Positions 1-12,423 of a DNA stretch of 64,000 nucleotides are shown in pieces. How positions within the stretch are numbered: position 1 is the first letter of the stretch; the number at the start of each line of letters is the position of its first letter. The notes under the pieces are model-generated. The model had not been told where the DNA came from, did no database searches, and saw nothing but the letters and a program-made list of their open reading frames with translations. The DNA is from Octopus sinensis (taxonomy: Eukaryota). The translations under genes were made by a program, and so were the position numbers. Location: the NCBI RefSeq assembly GCF_006345805.1, contig NC_043011.1, positions 744,001 through 808,000 of the forward strand. The letters run 5' to 3'.

Positions 1-338
1 AACGAAGGTATAAAACCATTGTTGAATGGTTTGCTTTAAATACACATAAGAGCTAACAAAATTTACCTCAAAGTGGAAATATATTTCTCATCCATATTCA
101 TTTTACTTTAAAAAATGTAAAACTTGAAGACATCATTAGATGATTTGTAAATTCAATTTCTTTTATTGAAAGTATTTTATTTCCATTCCCATTCTATTAG
201 CAGTGTTTAAGGAAAATGATAAACTTATTAAAAACTCTATTGCTAAATTCAACACTCTTCTGCTAAAGTGTTGCCTCGTGCATATTTAAAATTGAATACA
301 GCATGTATGTATCAATTTCTTGCATTCCATCTGTCATG

Positions 339-500
339 TAAAGACTGCAGAGTGTAAGTTCAAATCATTTGAGCACTACTATGTGTTTTCTATACTGAGC
401 ATTTCTAGACCTCACCTGGTGGATCCATACACACACATACACACACACACACATATATATGTATGTATTTATACACACACACACACATGTATATATTTGC
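339..500 (+). repeat. Direct duplication, copy 1 (copy 2 at ~3380-3545)
   Basis: AAAGACT.CAGAGTGTAAG.TCAAAT..TTTGAGCACTACTATGTGTTTTCTATACTGAGCATTTCTAGA.CTCACCTGGTGG.TCCATACAC plus a CA/TA tract occurs twice. Confidence 0.85.
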
Positions 501-527
501 ACATACACACACACATGCACACATATG

Positions 528-567
<40 letters not shown>

Positions 568-773
568 TCATCATCATCATCGTCATTATCATCATCATTT
601 AACATCAGTTCTCTATGCTAGCATGGGTTGGACAATTTGACAAGAGCTGGGGAGCTGGGGAGCTGCACCAGCTTTGGTCAATCTGTTTAACTCACACCAG
701 CATAGGCAATCGACATTAAATGATGATAATGATGATATACATGTAAGACATATATATATAATCTATCTGTCTA

Positions 774-825
<52 letters not shown>

Positions 826-834
826 CCTACCTAC

Positions 835-868
<34 letters not shown>

Positions 869-946
869 GCCTGCCTGCCTGCCTGCCTGTCCGTCTGTCT
901 ATCCATGTGTGTGTGTGTGTGTATATGTATTGTACATATATGTGTG

Positions 947-989
<43 letters not shown>

Positions 990-993
<4 letters not shown>

Positions 994-1230
994 CAAACTT
1001 GTTACTAGTTGAAGTATGCTTGGGGCAAACTTGAACCTGTATGAAAGCCATTCATTGTATTTTGTCAAGGAGAAAATTCCTTGCTGTAGACAGACAGGTA
1101 GATGACTTAGTGTGTTTACACCTATTTGTCTATAGTGAAAAATGTTCTGCAATACAAAATACAGTGAATGGCTTTCAAGCAGGTTTGAATATGCGACAAA
1201 CTTAATTTAATTGGTAGCAAGTTTGTATTT
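990..1230. mobile_element. Degenerate fold-back (MITE-like) element
   Basis: ATACAAACTTG..TA / TAGCAAGTTTGTAT termini; GAAAGCCATTCATTGTATTTTGT / ACAAAATACAGTGAATGGCTTTC arms. Confidence 0.6.
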
Positions 1231-1279
1231 ATTCACATCACTACTTAGCACTTCTACTATGTGTGCACATATATATATA

Positions 1280-2395
1280 ATTGAGATTCAGTTGAATGGT
1301 TGAATGAGGTACTTAAGTTGAAGCACCAAATCAGTGCGGTATTATCCGTACAACTCAAAGTAAGGTGAATAAAATCAAAATAAGCAACAGGATATCAAGA
1401 AGTAATGCAGTACGACCATTTCAATCGGTTCCATTTAATTGAACAATGTAATCATTACATCAATTTAAATGCAGAGCTATCCTCAGCTGCATAAATAAAT
1501 AAATAGAATTTTTAATCAGTTGGACACATTAATATAATTTGACTTAAATGTTCTAATAGAGCAAGAAGACAGAAAGCGTCCATGTTGCTACTAATGTAGC
1601 TAAGTGTATACTACACTTCTAAGAAATGTATGAAGTTTGTTGGGGTCATATCTTGTAAAGGATTGTAGTTCATTTTTAATTTATTAGTCTTTTTATCGAC
1701 TACCAAATCTAAGGCTAGAGAACTGTGTCTGTTTAGAATGGAGGGCAGGAGTGAGTTGACAGCACATAACTTGGTATTGTCATAATATTGTGACGATTAG
1801 TATAAAGCAACTGTCATTAAAGGAGGCTGGGTAGGGGAAGACCCCAAATCAAGATGTTAATTACAAGTTATAGGGGCAAGACGCTAATAGAAGCTATGAT
1901 ATTAATACAGAGGAAACTATCATGGGGTACTATGGGAGATTGTATATAAACAATAGTGTTATGTTGTATAAAGATAAAATTTAAGATTATTAAAAATGAT
2001 ATTATAACCAAAATAGATAAAATGTGTATATATACTAATTTTCAACATTAAAAAGGGAAGATTACATAGAATTTGTTTAATATTCATTCATGTACATAAT
2101 TATTTACTTATAAGGTGGTTTTTATAAAGACTCTTCTGCATATTTACTTATAGAATACTGGGACAATAAATCATGCTCTGTATATATTGATTTTTGTCTT
2201 CTTGCTCTATTAGAGCATTTGAGTAAAATCATATTAATGTGTCCAACTGATTAAAAATTATATTTATTTATTTATGTAGCTGAGGATAGCCCTGCATTTA
2301 AACTGATGTAATGATTGCATTGTTCAATTAAATAGGGCTGCTTGAAATAGCCGTACTGCATCATCTCTTGATATCCTGTTGCTTATTTTGATTAT
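1280..2395. mobile_element. Penelope-like remnant with inverted ~200-bp terminal repeats (1371-1572 / 2194-2395) between TA tracts
   Basis: Reverse-complement arms, each with a CTGAGGA...GAAA-palindrome-TA hammerhead-like motif. Confidence 0.6.
2274..2361 (+). ncRNA. Degenerate type I hammerhead-like motif with long stem II (mirror copy 1405-1492, minus)
   Basis: ATGTAG-CTGAGGA-TAGCCCT...AGGGCTG-(ctt)-GAAA-TAGCCG-TA-CTGCAT. The two arms (TAGCCG/TGGTCG) suggest an ancestral CGGCCG palindrome. Confidence 0.5.
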
Positions 2396-2617
2396 ATATA
2401 TACACAAATATATACTTATATGTATGCATATGTATATATATATATATATATATATATTATGTGAAATAGAAAGATGAATAATCTTGTAGTGGATTAATCA
2501 AAAGTTTAACCGATACCTTAGTAGCAAAAATCACAGCAGTGATCGAAACACGTGTAGAATGAAATAAATCGATTTCTGTTCAATCTGCGTTCAGCTCCAT
2601 TTCTTCAATTCACCAAT

Positions 2618-2625
<8 letters not shown>

Positions 2626-2680
<55 letters not shown>

Positions 2681-2712
2681 GTATGTATGTGTGTGTATTT
2701 ATATATATATAT

Positions 2713-2773
<61 letters not shown>

Positions 2774-2798
2774 GTATGTATGTGTGTGTATTTATATA

Positions 2799-2876
<78 letters not shown>

Positions 2877-2942
2877 TATGTATGTATATATACACACACA
2901 TCTACAAATATATACATGTATATGTCTGGATATATATACACG

Positions 2943-2985
<43 letters not shown>

Positions 2986-3000
2986 GTATATGTATGTATA
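2626..3000. repeat. Compound (TA)n/(CA)n microsatellite
   Basis: Direct sequence; source of the spurious YIYI ORFs. Similar tracts at ~530, 950, 14300, 15510, 15860, 24824, 25890. Confidence 0.95.
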
Positions 3001-3800
3001 TCAAATACAAATATAAATACACATCATCATCAATTTAACATCCGCCTTTTCCATGCTTGCAGACGGAATTCATTGAGGCAGATTTTTACAGCCAGATGCC
3101 CTTCCTGTCACCAACCCTCACCTGTTTCCAAGCAAGGTAATAATCCCCAAGTCTATCAAACCACGAGCCTTTTAATTACAAAGATCGCACATATCAAAAC
3201 CTGTGAAGGAGACTGTACAAACTCTTGCAGTGAACAGCAAGCAAAGAAAACTATTTTCATTGACAGCAAGTTATCATCTAGACTCAAACCAACACATGGA
3301 TATGGAAATTACTATCTCAATATGAGCTCACCTGGACTCCTCTTGTAGCCACTCTCTATCCTGCAGGCTTTGTCCTTGATAAAGACTACAGAGTGTAAGC
3401 TCAAATATTTTGAGCACTACTATGTGTTTTCTATACTGAGCATTTCTAGATCTCACCTGGTGGCTCCATACACACATACACACACATATATGTATGTATT
3501 TATACACACACACATATATGTATGTATTTATACACACACACACACAGACACACACACACGCACACACACACGATGGAGTCACACAAGTACACTCACACAA
3601 ACACACGTGTTGATATAAAGCCACCTGCGTATTGTACTTAATGTAAATGCAAATTGAAAGGAAATTTACTGGAGTACTCATCCAGAGATAGCATTTTACG
3701 GATGTTTTGTGTTTAAAAACGCTGGTCTTGTCAAATCCATGTTCTTACAGCCTGTTACTTGTTTAAATGAGATTTGTTACCATTGATATTTAATAGATAA

Positions 3801-4190
3801 AGGGAGGCGCAATGGCCCAGTGGTTAGGGCAGCGGACTCGCGGTCATAGGATCACGGTTTCGATTCCCAGACCGGGCGTTGTGAGTGTTTATTGAGCGAA
3901 AACATCTAAAGCTCCACGAGGCTCCGGCAGGGGATGGTGGTGATCCCTGCTGTACTCTTTCACCACAACTTTCTCTCACTCTTACTTCCTGTTTCTGTTG
4001 TACCTGTATTTCAAAGGGCCGGCCTTGTCACTCTCTGTGTCACGCTGAATATCCCCGAGAACTACGTTAAGGGTACACGTGTCTGTGGAGTGCTCAGCCA
4101 CTTACACGTTAATTTCATGAGCAGGCTGTTCCGTTGATTCAGATCAACCGGAACCCTCGTCGTCGTAAATGATGGAGTGCTTCCTATTCC
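3801..4190 (+). mobile_element. tRNA(Arg)-derived SINE (Octopus OR-like)
   Basis: A box TGGCCCAGTGG, B box GTTTCGATTCC, TCG at the anticodon position; 10-bp TSD TAATAGATAA (3791-3800, 4191-4200). Confidence 0.85.
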
Positions 4191-5799
4191 TAATAGATAA
4201 CGTATCTGTTATATGAGGCCAAAATGTATCTGACATTTATACTAGCTGCTGCTGCAGATAGTTTTTCATCTACTGTTATATATTGTTTCTAGACACATCA
4301 CGTCCATTAGAGATGTTATGTCTAGACCAATGGCTACTGTAAATTGACTTTTAACAATGTATTTACATTAAGTATAATACATAGAAGGTTATTATAATTT
4401 AATATTGCTTCTACTGCATATAACAGATTTTTGTTCAGCTTGATGGCTATTTGCAATATCAGTGAATATTTTCTATATTTAAGAGTCAAAATTTCACTCT
4501 GCTCTTACTGTTGCTTTTCCAAATAATGCATGCATTACCAATGCAGACCAACACTGGTCTTTCCAAATTCTTTTACATCCTACATGCACACACACACACA
4601 CACACATACACACACACATGTATTTATTCATAGAAATAAAGAAAAGTCATCAAATTCCAATCACATGTATGTATTTCAATCTCCTTATCATGAGAATGAA
4701 ATGAGGACAAAATAGATCTGGTGCCAAATTTCAAATTATTCATGAGAATCAAGATATAGTTTTTCAAGTTGGAATGGTAGTGGAAGAATACAGGTAAAGA
4801 AAGTAATTACAAAGTCATTTTTCTTCACAGGTCAGAAACATAACTTGAAAAAGATTCATTTGTTTTTCACACTATAGGTTGTGATCGCAGTTCCTTCCAG
4901 ATTTCAAATCAAACTTTTTATTTTCTCTGGTCAAGACTTTTGCTCCTATGCACAAAGCAAGCAAAACAGTTGGATCAATCAAACTGATGCTTGATGAAAG
5001 AACGAACCCCCGGCCTTTTATCAACTTAATTAGCAGTAGGTTCACTTATATAAAATGATGTTTCTGTCATGAGAGTGATGACCAAAAGAGTATGAAGATC
5101 TATATCTGGCTTACCTTAATAGATACACACCCACACACTGAATTATAATTATAATCAAGAACCAACAAGAAACACGTTGAAGAGAGAAATGAAGAAATAT
5201 TCTGTAAACATTTGAATCATGGGAACGATTTTTATTAAATACAAAATAAATACAAAATTAAGTACAATTGTAAAACTGTACAATTCTATAACTGAATTTC
5301 AATTATTATTGCTGTAATGTAAGTGAAAAGATTTTCTCTTGACTAAAATAAAATGGATGAACATCATTTAGGGACTATTTGAATTACATCATCATTTAGA
5401 GCTATTTTTCAAAAATATTTTAAATCACAGTTTTAAAATATGGACATTCTGAACCTGAAATTTGTTCCTGTTTATAATTTCAAAATAATTTTCAGACAAA
5501 AAGGTGTGTGATTTAAAGGAGATTTAACTGGTGTTTATAACACATTCCGCGACCATTGGGTACCTTCCTTGTTTCTTTGTCATTCTGACATGTATTGATG
5601 TGTTTCAATATCTTTATCCCCATAAACACATTTCATGGAATGATGATGTGGGGATCCATTGCTGGGATATAAACAACAACAAAAATTTGTTATTTAAATC
5701 TTTAACTCCACCCTACATCTAGCGAGTCTGTGTGTGTTACTGTCACAATGCAATTTGGTAAACAAATGCTAACGGTGTAGAAGCCCATCATACTAATAT

Positions 5800-6200
5800 G
5801 ATGCCAGTGCTGTCTAGACTGGCTTCCATGCCGGTGGCACGTAAAAAGCACTATCCAAATCGTGGCCGATGCCAGCGCCGCCTTGACTGGCTTCCGTGCT
5901 GGTGGCATGTAAAAAGCACCATCTGAATCATGGCCGATGCCAGTGTCGCCTTGGCTGGCTTCCGTGCCGGTGGCACATAAAATGCACCAATCCGATCGTG
6001 GCCGTTGCAGGTGGCACGTAAAAAGCACCCACTACACTCACGGAGTGGTTGGCATTAGGAAGGGCATCCAGCTGTAGAAACACTGCCAGATCAGACTGGA
6101 GCCTGGTGCAGCCTCCTGGCTTCCCAGATCCCCGGTCGAACCGTCCAACCCATGCTAGCATGGAAAACGGACGTTAAACAATGATGATGATGATGATGAT
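5800..6200 (+). mobile_element. RTE-tail repeat (SINE or LINE 3' end) with (GAT)n tail
   Basis: GGAGTGGTTGGCATTAGGAAGGGCATCCAGCTGTAGAAAC...GGACGTTAAAC(GAT)n. Other copies ~565-690(-), 3020-3145(-), 42415-42490(-), 49150-49450(+), 50505-50850(-), 60422-60665(-), 62180-62370(+). Confidence 0.8.
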
Positions 6201-6208
6201 GTATGTAT

Positions 6209-6243
<35 letters not shown>

Positions 6244-6584
6244 CTAATGAGTGTTTCTAGGTTTATATTGGGCCAAAAATTAGTGTTGTGTTTATGTTTT
6301 GTCCATTTATGTCTTGTAACTTAGAAGTTTGATAAATAAGATCGATAAAATAAGTACCTGTCTGAAATGAGCCTGCTTCAATACGATTGACTATATCTTT
6401 GAAGTCAGTGCCTCAGCATTCTCACAATTCCCTGACTGATACCAGACACATTGAACAGTAATAAATTTACAGTAACAAAGCAAAATTTGCTCTGCTGCAT
6501 TGTGCCAAGTCATGGAAAATGTATGAAGATCTCAGAAATGCTAAAAATTCATGAACAGATATTCCAGAAATAACCTAAGCATTA

Positions 6585-6869
6585 TATTTCGTTTTTGGGT
6601 TGGTTTGCAAGATTCTTTATATGAGTTCGTGTGTTGAAGCATATTCTGTTGTGTCTGGGGAGAGTCATTCTCTTTTAGTGTCTTATTTAACACACTCACC
6701 GGTAAAATTTCCACTTATTTCTTATTTTTTATTTTCTAAAATTTTCAAAGGTTGCAAGACGCAATGAAAATTTTAGAAAATAAAAAATAAGAAATAAGTG
6801 GAAATTTTACCGGTGAGTATGTTAAATAATAAGGCATTAAAAGAGAATGACTCTCCCCAGACACAACAG
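6585..6869. mobile_element. Fold-back element with 13-bp TSD, inserted in an RTE remnant
   Basis: Arms ~6644-6746 / 6766-6870; TSD AACCTAAGCATTA at 6572-6584 and 6870-6882. Confidence 0.85.
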
Positions 6870-6882
6870 AACCTAAGCATTA

Positions 6883-7170
6883 AATATCCAGAAATTTTGA
6901 AGAACAAAGACCTTTGGGGTGAAGCCATGCAAACATGATTGACAAACAAATAGCTAAATTTAAATGGAAATGGGTAGGCCATGCATTATGAAAACAGAAA
7001 GTTGTTTGTCAAAGCAGGCCTTGGATTGAAATACAAATAGCAAAAGAAAAGTAGAATATCTGAGGATTGCCAGGCATAGACCAGCAAAGAAAGAATTCTA
7101 AATGACATGGAACCAAATGTAGAGGAAAGCACAGCATAAAATGTGTTGAAAGATTGCTATGGATAAAATC
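6883..7170 (+). pseudogene. RTE-clade LINE RT C-terminal remnant
   Basis: Broken frame reads KWKWVGHAL...KQALD*N...KRK, matching the RTE WIGH..QALDWNP..KR motif. Confidence 0.6.
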
Positions 7171-7520
7171 ATCAACAATCCAAACAGGCTACGATATTGA
7201 TGATATATAAAATATATATTTATATTTTTGCATATAAAATAGATACATATTTTATATACAAACATATTTCAGTATGTGTATATGTAATTTCAAAGTATAA
7301 AATGAATTTGTCATTACAGAAAATATTCTGCAAGGCTAATAGTTGTGAAAGTTTTTATACAAGGTTAATAATTGTAGAGCTAAATTTGAATGCAAGGACT
7401 TAGATTAAAACCATACAATGACAAGTAAACAAACCCAGTGATTGAGAAATAGAGTTATGGTTCATAGAATATGATAATAAAGAAACAAAGAGTGTGTATA
7501 ATGAACAAACAACCAAAGAG

Positions 7521-7925
7521 ATAGGAGTGGCTGTGTGGTAAGTAGCTTGTTTACCAACCACATGGTTCCGGGTTCAGTCCCACTGCGTGGCACCTTGGGC
7601 AAGTATCTTCTACTATAGCCTCGGGCCGACCAAAGCCTTGTGAGTGGATTTGGTGGACAGAAACTGAAAGAAGCCCGTCGTATATATGTATATATATATA
7701 TATGCGTGTGTGTGTTTGTGTATCTGTGTTTGTCCCCTTAGCATTGCTTGACAACCGATGCTGGTGTGTTTATGTCTCTGTCACTTAGCGGTTCGGCAAA
7801 ACAGACCGATAGAATAAGTACTGGGCTTACAAAGAATAAGTCCCGGGGTCGAGTTGCTCGACTAAAGGCGGTGCTCCAGCATGGGCGCGGTCAAATGACT
7901 GAAACAAGTAAAAGAGTAAAAGAGT
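7521..7925 (+). mobile_element. Abundant tRNA-derived SINE with internal TA/TG tract and (AAAGAGT)n tail
   Basis: Head GGAGTGGCTGTGTGGTAAG..GGTTCAGTCCC; tail GGCGGTGCTCCAGCATGG..TGACTGAAACAAGTAAAAGAG. Confidence 0.9.
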
Positions 7926-8005
7926 AGATTGAATCACTATTTAGAGTAGATTGAATCACTAAAAGAGAGTATAGATAGACAGGTCAGTAAATAGAATGAA
8001 GATAT

Positions 8006-8345
8006 GTTTCTTTATTATCCACACAGGGCTGCACACAGACAGAACAAATTACAAGGTAGAGCTTTTCTTTTGGGGGTAAAAAAAAAGGGGGTTGGTTTTC
8101 GATCAAAAGGGATCGTAAAAGGAAAGAAAGAGGACAAAAAAGGGGGGGATTTAAAAAAAAGGGGGGAGAGGAAAAAAAAGAAAAGGGGAGAGGAAAAAAA
8201 GTTGATCAATAGGGATCGTAATCACAGAAATGTCAATATGAAGTGTAAAGGGGAGGACAGGTGAGGTTTACCCGTGGAAAGAAAAGCCTACGTAAAAGAC
8301 CACGGTAACCTCGGTCAATGAAGTCACATGTTATATTTCTTATAT
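8006..8345 (-). mobile_element. LINE 3' UTR fragment (tail resembles that of the MetaSINE copies)
   Basis: Minus-strand end CTTGTAATTTGTTCTGTCTGTGTGCAGCCCTGTGTGGATAATAAAGAAAC resembles the 28700-28750 tail. Confidence 0.5.
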
Positions 8346-8379
8346 TTTTATTTTTTTTTTTGCAAATAAGCAAAATAAG

Positions 8380-8740
8380 GGTTCAGTCCCACTGCATGGC
8401 ATCTTGGGCAAGTGTCTTCTGCTATAGCCTCGGGCCGACCAATGCCTTGTGAGTGTATTTGGTAGACGGAAACTGAAAGAAGCCTGTCGTATATATGTAT
8501 ATATATATATACGTGTATGTGTGTGTGTGTATGTTTGTGTGTCTGTGTTTGTCTCCCTAGCATTGCTTGACAACCGATGCTGGTGTGTTTACGTCCCCGT
8601 CACTTAGCGGTTCGGCAAAAGATACCGGTAGAATAAGTACTAGGCTTACAAAGAATAAGTCCCGGGGTTGATTTGCTCGACTAAAAGGTGGTGCTCCAGC
8701 ATGGCCGCAGTCAAATGACTGAAACAAGTAAAAGAAAGTA
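8380..8740 (+). mobile_element. Same SINE family, 5'-truncated
   Basis: Matches 7570-7920. Confidence 0.88.
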
Positions 8741-9314
8741 AGAAAGAAATCTCCCTGAAATCATATTTTCTTTGATCATACATCTTCATGATCAGGACTG
8801 ATTCCAAATTAAACAGCAATAACCACAAAGATCTTATTCAAACTGAGAGTTAAACTTCTTCCTACGATAGATTGGATTATTATTTAAATTAATTTGCTCC
8901 CAGATTTGATCCTAAATCTCATATAAACAGAACTTGTATATTTGTTATAAGGCCAAAAATTGTGGAGAAATGGTCTAATTAATTTGATCAACTTTGAAAG
9001 GGTAAATGACTAAACCAACTTTAACGGAATATGAACTTAGTGTGTAGAGTGAAATAACTTAGTACTCAATGATATTTAGTATCAATCATTTCTTCTCCTG
9101 TCTTTCTTTATTATTTGCAATAGTAGATAAGAAATTTTCCTGATTAGAATTTGCACACACAGTTCATCAAGGATTGACTTGATTTCTCAAGACATAACGA
9201 CTTTCAACTATTCAATCTTATCATTAAGAATTAAATTCTTAATTATCAGCTACAGAAGATTTATTTAACTCATACTTCCTGTTTGAGCAAATATAAAAAA
9301 GTAATAGAAATAAT

Positions 9315-9760
9315 AGGCGCAGGAGCAGCTGTGTGGTAAGTAGCTTGTTTACCAACCACATGGTTCCAGGTTCAGTCCCACTGCGTGACACCTTGGGCAA
9401 GTGTCTTCTACTATAGCCTCGGGCCGACCAAAGCCTTGTGAGTGGATTTGGTAGACGGAAACTGAAAGAAGCCCGTTGTATATATGTATATATATATGCG
9501 TTTGTGTGTATGTGTGTCTGTGTTTGTCCCCCTAGCATTGCTTGACAACTGATGCTGGTGTGTTTATGTCTCCGTTACTTAGCGGTTCAGCAAAAGAGAC
9601 CGATAGAACTTATTCTATCGGTCTCTTTTGCTGGGCTTTTGCTGGGCTTACAAAAAAGAATAAGTCCCAGGGTCGAGTTGCTCGATTAAAGGCGGTGCTC
9701 CAGCATGGCCGCAGTCAAATGACTGAAACAAGTAAAAGAGTAAAAAAAGAGTAAAGAGTA
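9315..9760 (+). mobile_element. Same SINE family, with small internal inversion
   Basis: Matches 7521-7925; GCAAAAGAGACCGATAGAA followed by its reverse complement at ~9590-9632. Confidence 0.88.
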
Positions 9761-9976
9761 ATACCTACAATTATTTCTGCATGGTTGTTGAAGTTGCTGG
9801 AAGTAGCAGCTATGTTCTACCGTCTTAAGGGACACATTCATTGGATAATGTAGGCTTGAAAAAGTATAAGGTGATCACAACTGAAATGCATTTGAACATA
9901 AATCTAATTGATTATGTTTAACCTAAACATAATTATCATACATAATTATTATGCATAATAAACATAATTAACAATA

Positions 9977-10035
<59 letters not shown>

Positions 10036-10036
10036 C

Positions 10037-10300
10037 ATGAAATTATTGTATACAGTGCTCAGGTGCACCACAACTTGTCAGAAAGTGCGTATAAAGTGTA
10101 TGCAGTAATGTACAAATGCCTGGAAAGCGAACAGTGTATGAGTGAGATACATGCGTGTATGTGTGTGTATGGAGGGGAGAAAATCAGGTGTAGTGTTGGC
10201 GAATCTCAGGAAGCATGGAAGTTTTGAAGGATGCAGTGCTCCGACAACTAACAACTGATGCCGGCAGTCTGTTCCATGCTTCAGCAACTCCAGCAACTCT
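10037..10300 (-). mobile_element. CR1/L2-type LINE 3' end with (TTA)n tail
   Basis: Minus frame VAEAWNRLPASVVSCRSTASFK; second copy at 43365-43665. Confidence 0.7.
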
Positions 10301-10969
10301 TGGCGTATTATAACTAAACTATTATTATAATTAAAATTAACAATACTTTCACTTTCTTAAATGTAACTGAAAAATAGAACCTAATTTTCAACATGGACAA
10401 AAAAGCAAAGCAAAATTGCTCGAAAAATCATTGTTACACAAATTTATTTCCTCAGTCTTTAGAGCTTCTAAATGGTTACTTGACTTCTGATGATGATGGT
10501 CAAATCTTTCACAACTAACACTACATTGTATCAGAAAAGAAAGGATAGATCAGGTAATGTAGAATTATATACACTAAATATGACTGAAGGACAAAATGGT
10601 CATGGCTGGTCAAGGTTGACTTGACCACAACTGCATCTTAAAAGACATACTAATAAATGACATTAAACACTCTACCAGTCAGAACCTGGTTCTGTACACC
10701 TTTTTAGTCCAGCATGGAAATTAAGAGTTTCCAGCATAAAAGGAGATTAACAGAAATCATTGCCTTTTGAAAAATAAGAAATTTGATATTTAACATTTTT
10801 GTTAAGGATAAAGCAATAAAAGGTGATACCAAATGATGAGGTGAGGGCCATCCTGCATTTGTTTGTACCTAAATACAATGAAATACTTAAAAACATACTT
10901 TAAATGAGAAACATACAAAGATAAAGGAAGTTATATTTATAATGTTGCTTTATACTGGTTTTTCCTATT

Positions 10970-10986
10970 CACATCATCATCATCAA

Positions 10987-11035
<49 letters not shown>

Positions 11036-11600
11036 TTCATCATCATTGTCATCGTCGTCGTCATCATCATCATCATTATTTAACATCCGTTGTCCATGCT
11101 GGCATAGGTTGGATGGCTTGACCTGAGTTGGCAAGCCAGAGAGCTGCACCAGGGGTCCAGCCTGATTTAGCATGGATTCTATAGCTGGATGCCCTTCATA
11201 ATGCCAGGATTGACCTGCAAGGGTCCTGTGCTGGTGCCCACATGAAAAGCACTCATGGTACTGCACAAGTATTTTTATGTGACACTGCATGGGCACTTTT
11301 ACATGGCACCTCATGGACATTTTTATGTGACACTGCATGGGTGCCTTTGCATTGCCACGAGTGCTTTTTATGTGGTACTGGTGCAGGTCTCTTCCAGATC
11401 ACTCCTCTTCCCCAGGGAGACTGGACTTAACACTTCTGCTGTGGAGTATGGGTCTTCTTGAGTACAGCAAGGTACCAGGCATCCTGGCCCTTTGTCATCT
11501 TACCTGAAAGATTCAGTGTCCTGAGGTCATTTTTCATTGCTTCCTCCCAAGTCTTCCTGGGTCTCCTACTTCCACATGTTCCATCTACATTGGAAGATTG
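10970..11600 (-). mobile_element. RTE LINE 3' fragment with (GAT)n tail
   Basis: Minus strand GTCGSRRPRKTWEEA motif plus the RTE tail. Confidence 0.7.
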
Positions 11601-12423
11601 ATAGTTCTTTATGGAGCTGTCAGGGAGAGCCTACAAAGATCAGGGATAGGTATTGCCTTTCTTCATCACTATTGCTCAATGACAACACTCTTTCATAATC
11701 TTTTTCACTGGGGGAAGGGGCCTTCTAAATTCTGTGGTGTCTGCTCTTTTTTTTGTTTTTCTTTTTTTCCTGAGGGAAAGGGGGTAGGTGGGTCTGAGTG
11801 GTCTTGGGTGGGATGGAGTTGGACTGGGGTACCACATCACACTGTGTTCTTTCTTTTCTTCCTCTTCTTCCTTCTACTCTCTGTTACTACCCATTCTTCC
11901 TCCTTTCCAATGAGGACAGCTGCCGTAACCCAAGCCACTTCTATATCAGGTGGGATTGCTCCCACCTTTACCTTGGAAGTGTTTCCTTAGAGCTTTTTCT
12001 ATTATTTTCGCTTCCACCTGTTCAGCCTTTTTGTTCTTCAGCGAGTGCACCATATATGTGATAGTTTTCCTCTCCATTTGCTCCATGATTCTTTTGGGTG
12101 GTGACAACTTCACACCACCACCCACCGTATTCCTTTAGTCTAGCCAGGTCCACATCCTTTCTCTTCACTTCCACTGTTCTCTCCAATATTCCATCCATTC
12201 TTCTCACCACCTTCACCAGCTCCTCCTCCACTGAAGACAATTCAGACCCATTAATGTCTGGATATATTTTCTCTAAACCACTGCCAAGCAACACAAAAAT
12301 CCTGTCCGACTCTCAAAAAAACAAACCAGCAACTGAATCAACACATGCACAGTAACCAGAAACAGGCTTCTTACCACAGGAATGGCTACTCCTGTACCTA
12401 CACACACACACACACACACACAC

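Noticed and set aside
2610-3348. ORFs rich in YIYI, THTH, poly-I/D/H/K (also ~24704-26313, 43925-44347, 53358-53723, 55009-55267, 56463-56856)
   Set aside because: Translations of microsatellites, not genes.
3803-3876. tRNA-Arg-like sequence
   Set aside because: SINE head with body, tail and TSD; not a tRNA gene.
5114-5136. Possible 23-nt minus-strand micro-exon (TTCAG...AAG|GTAAGC)
   Set aside because: Splice-like motifs are frequent by chance; no supporting evidence.
5800-6030. Spaced repeats GCCGGTGGCACGTAAAAAGCAC resembling a CRISPR array
   Set aside because: Internal tandem subrepeats of the RTE-tail element; spacers are related to each other and the context is eukaryotic.
7551-9754. 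Recurrent ORFs such as QASFSFRLPNPLTRHWSARGYSRRHLPK
   Set aside because: Chance frames within copies of the same SINE.
11600-12345. Purine-rich minus-strand ORF fragments, possibly a LINE ORF1/5' end
   Set aside because: No diagnostic motif recognised.
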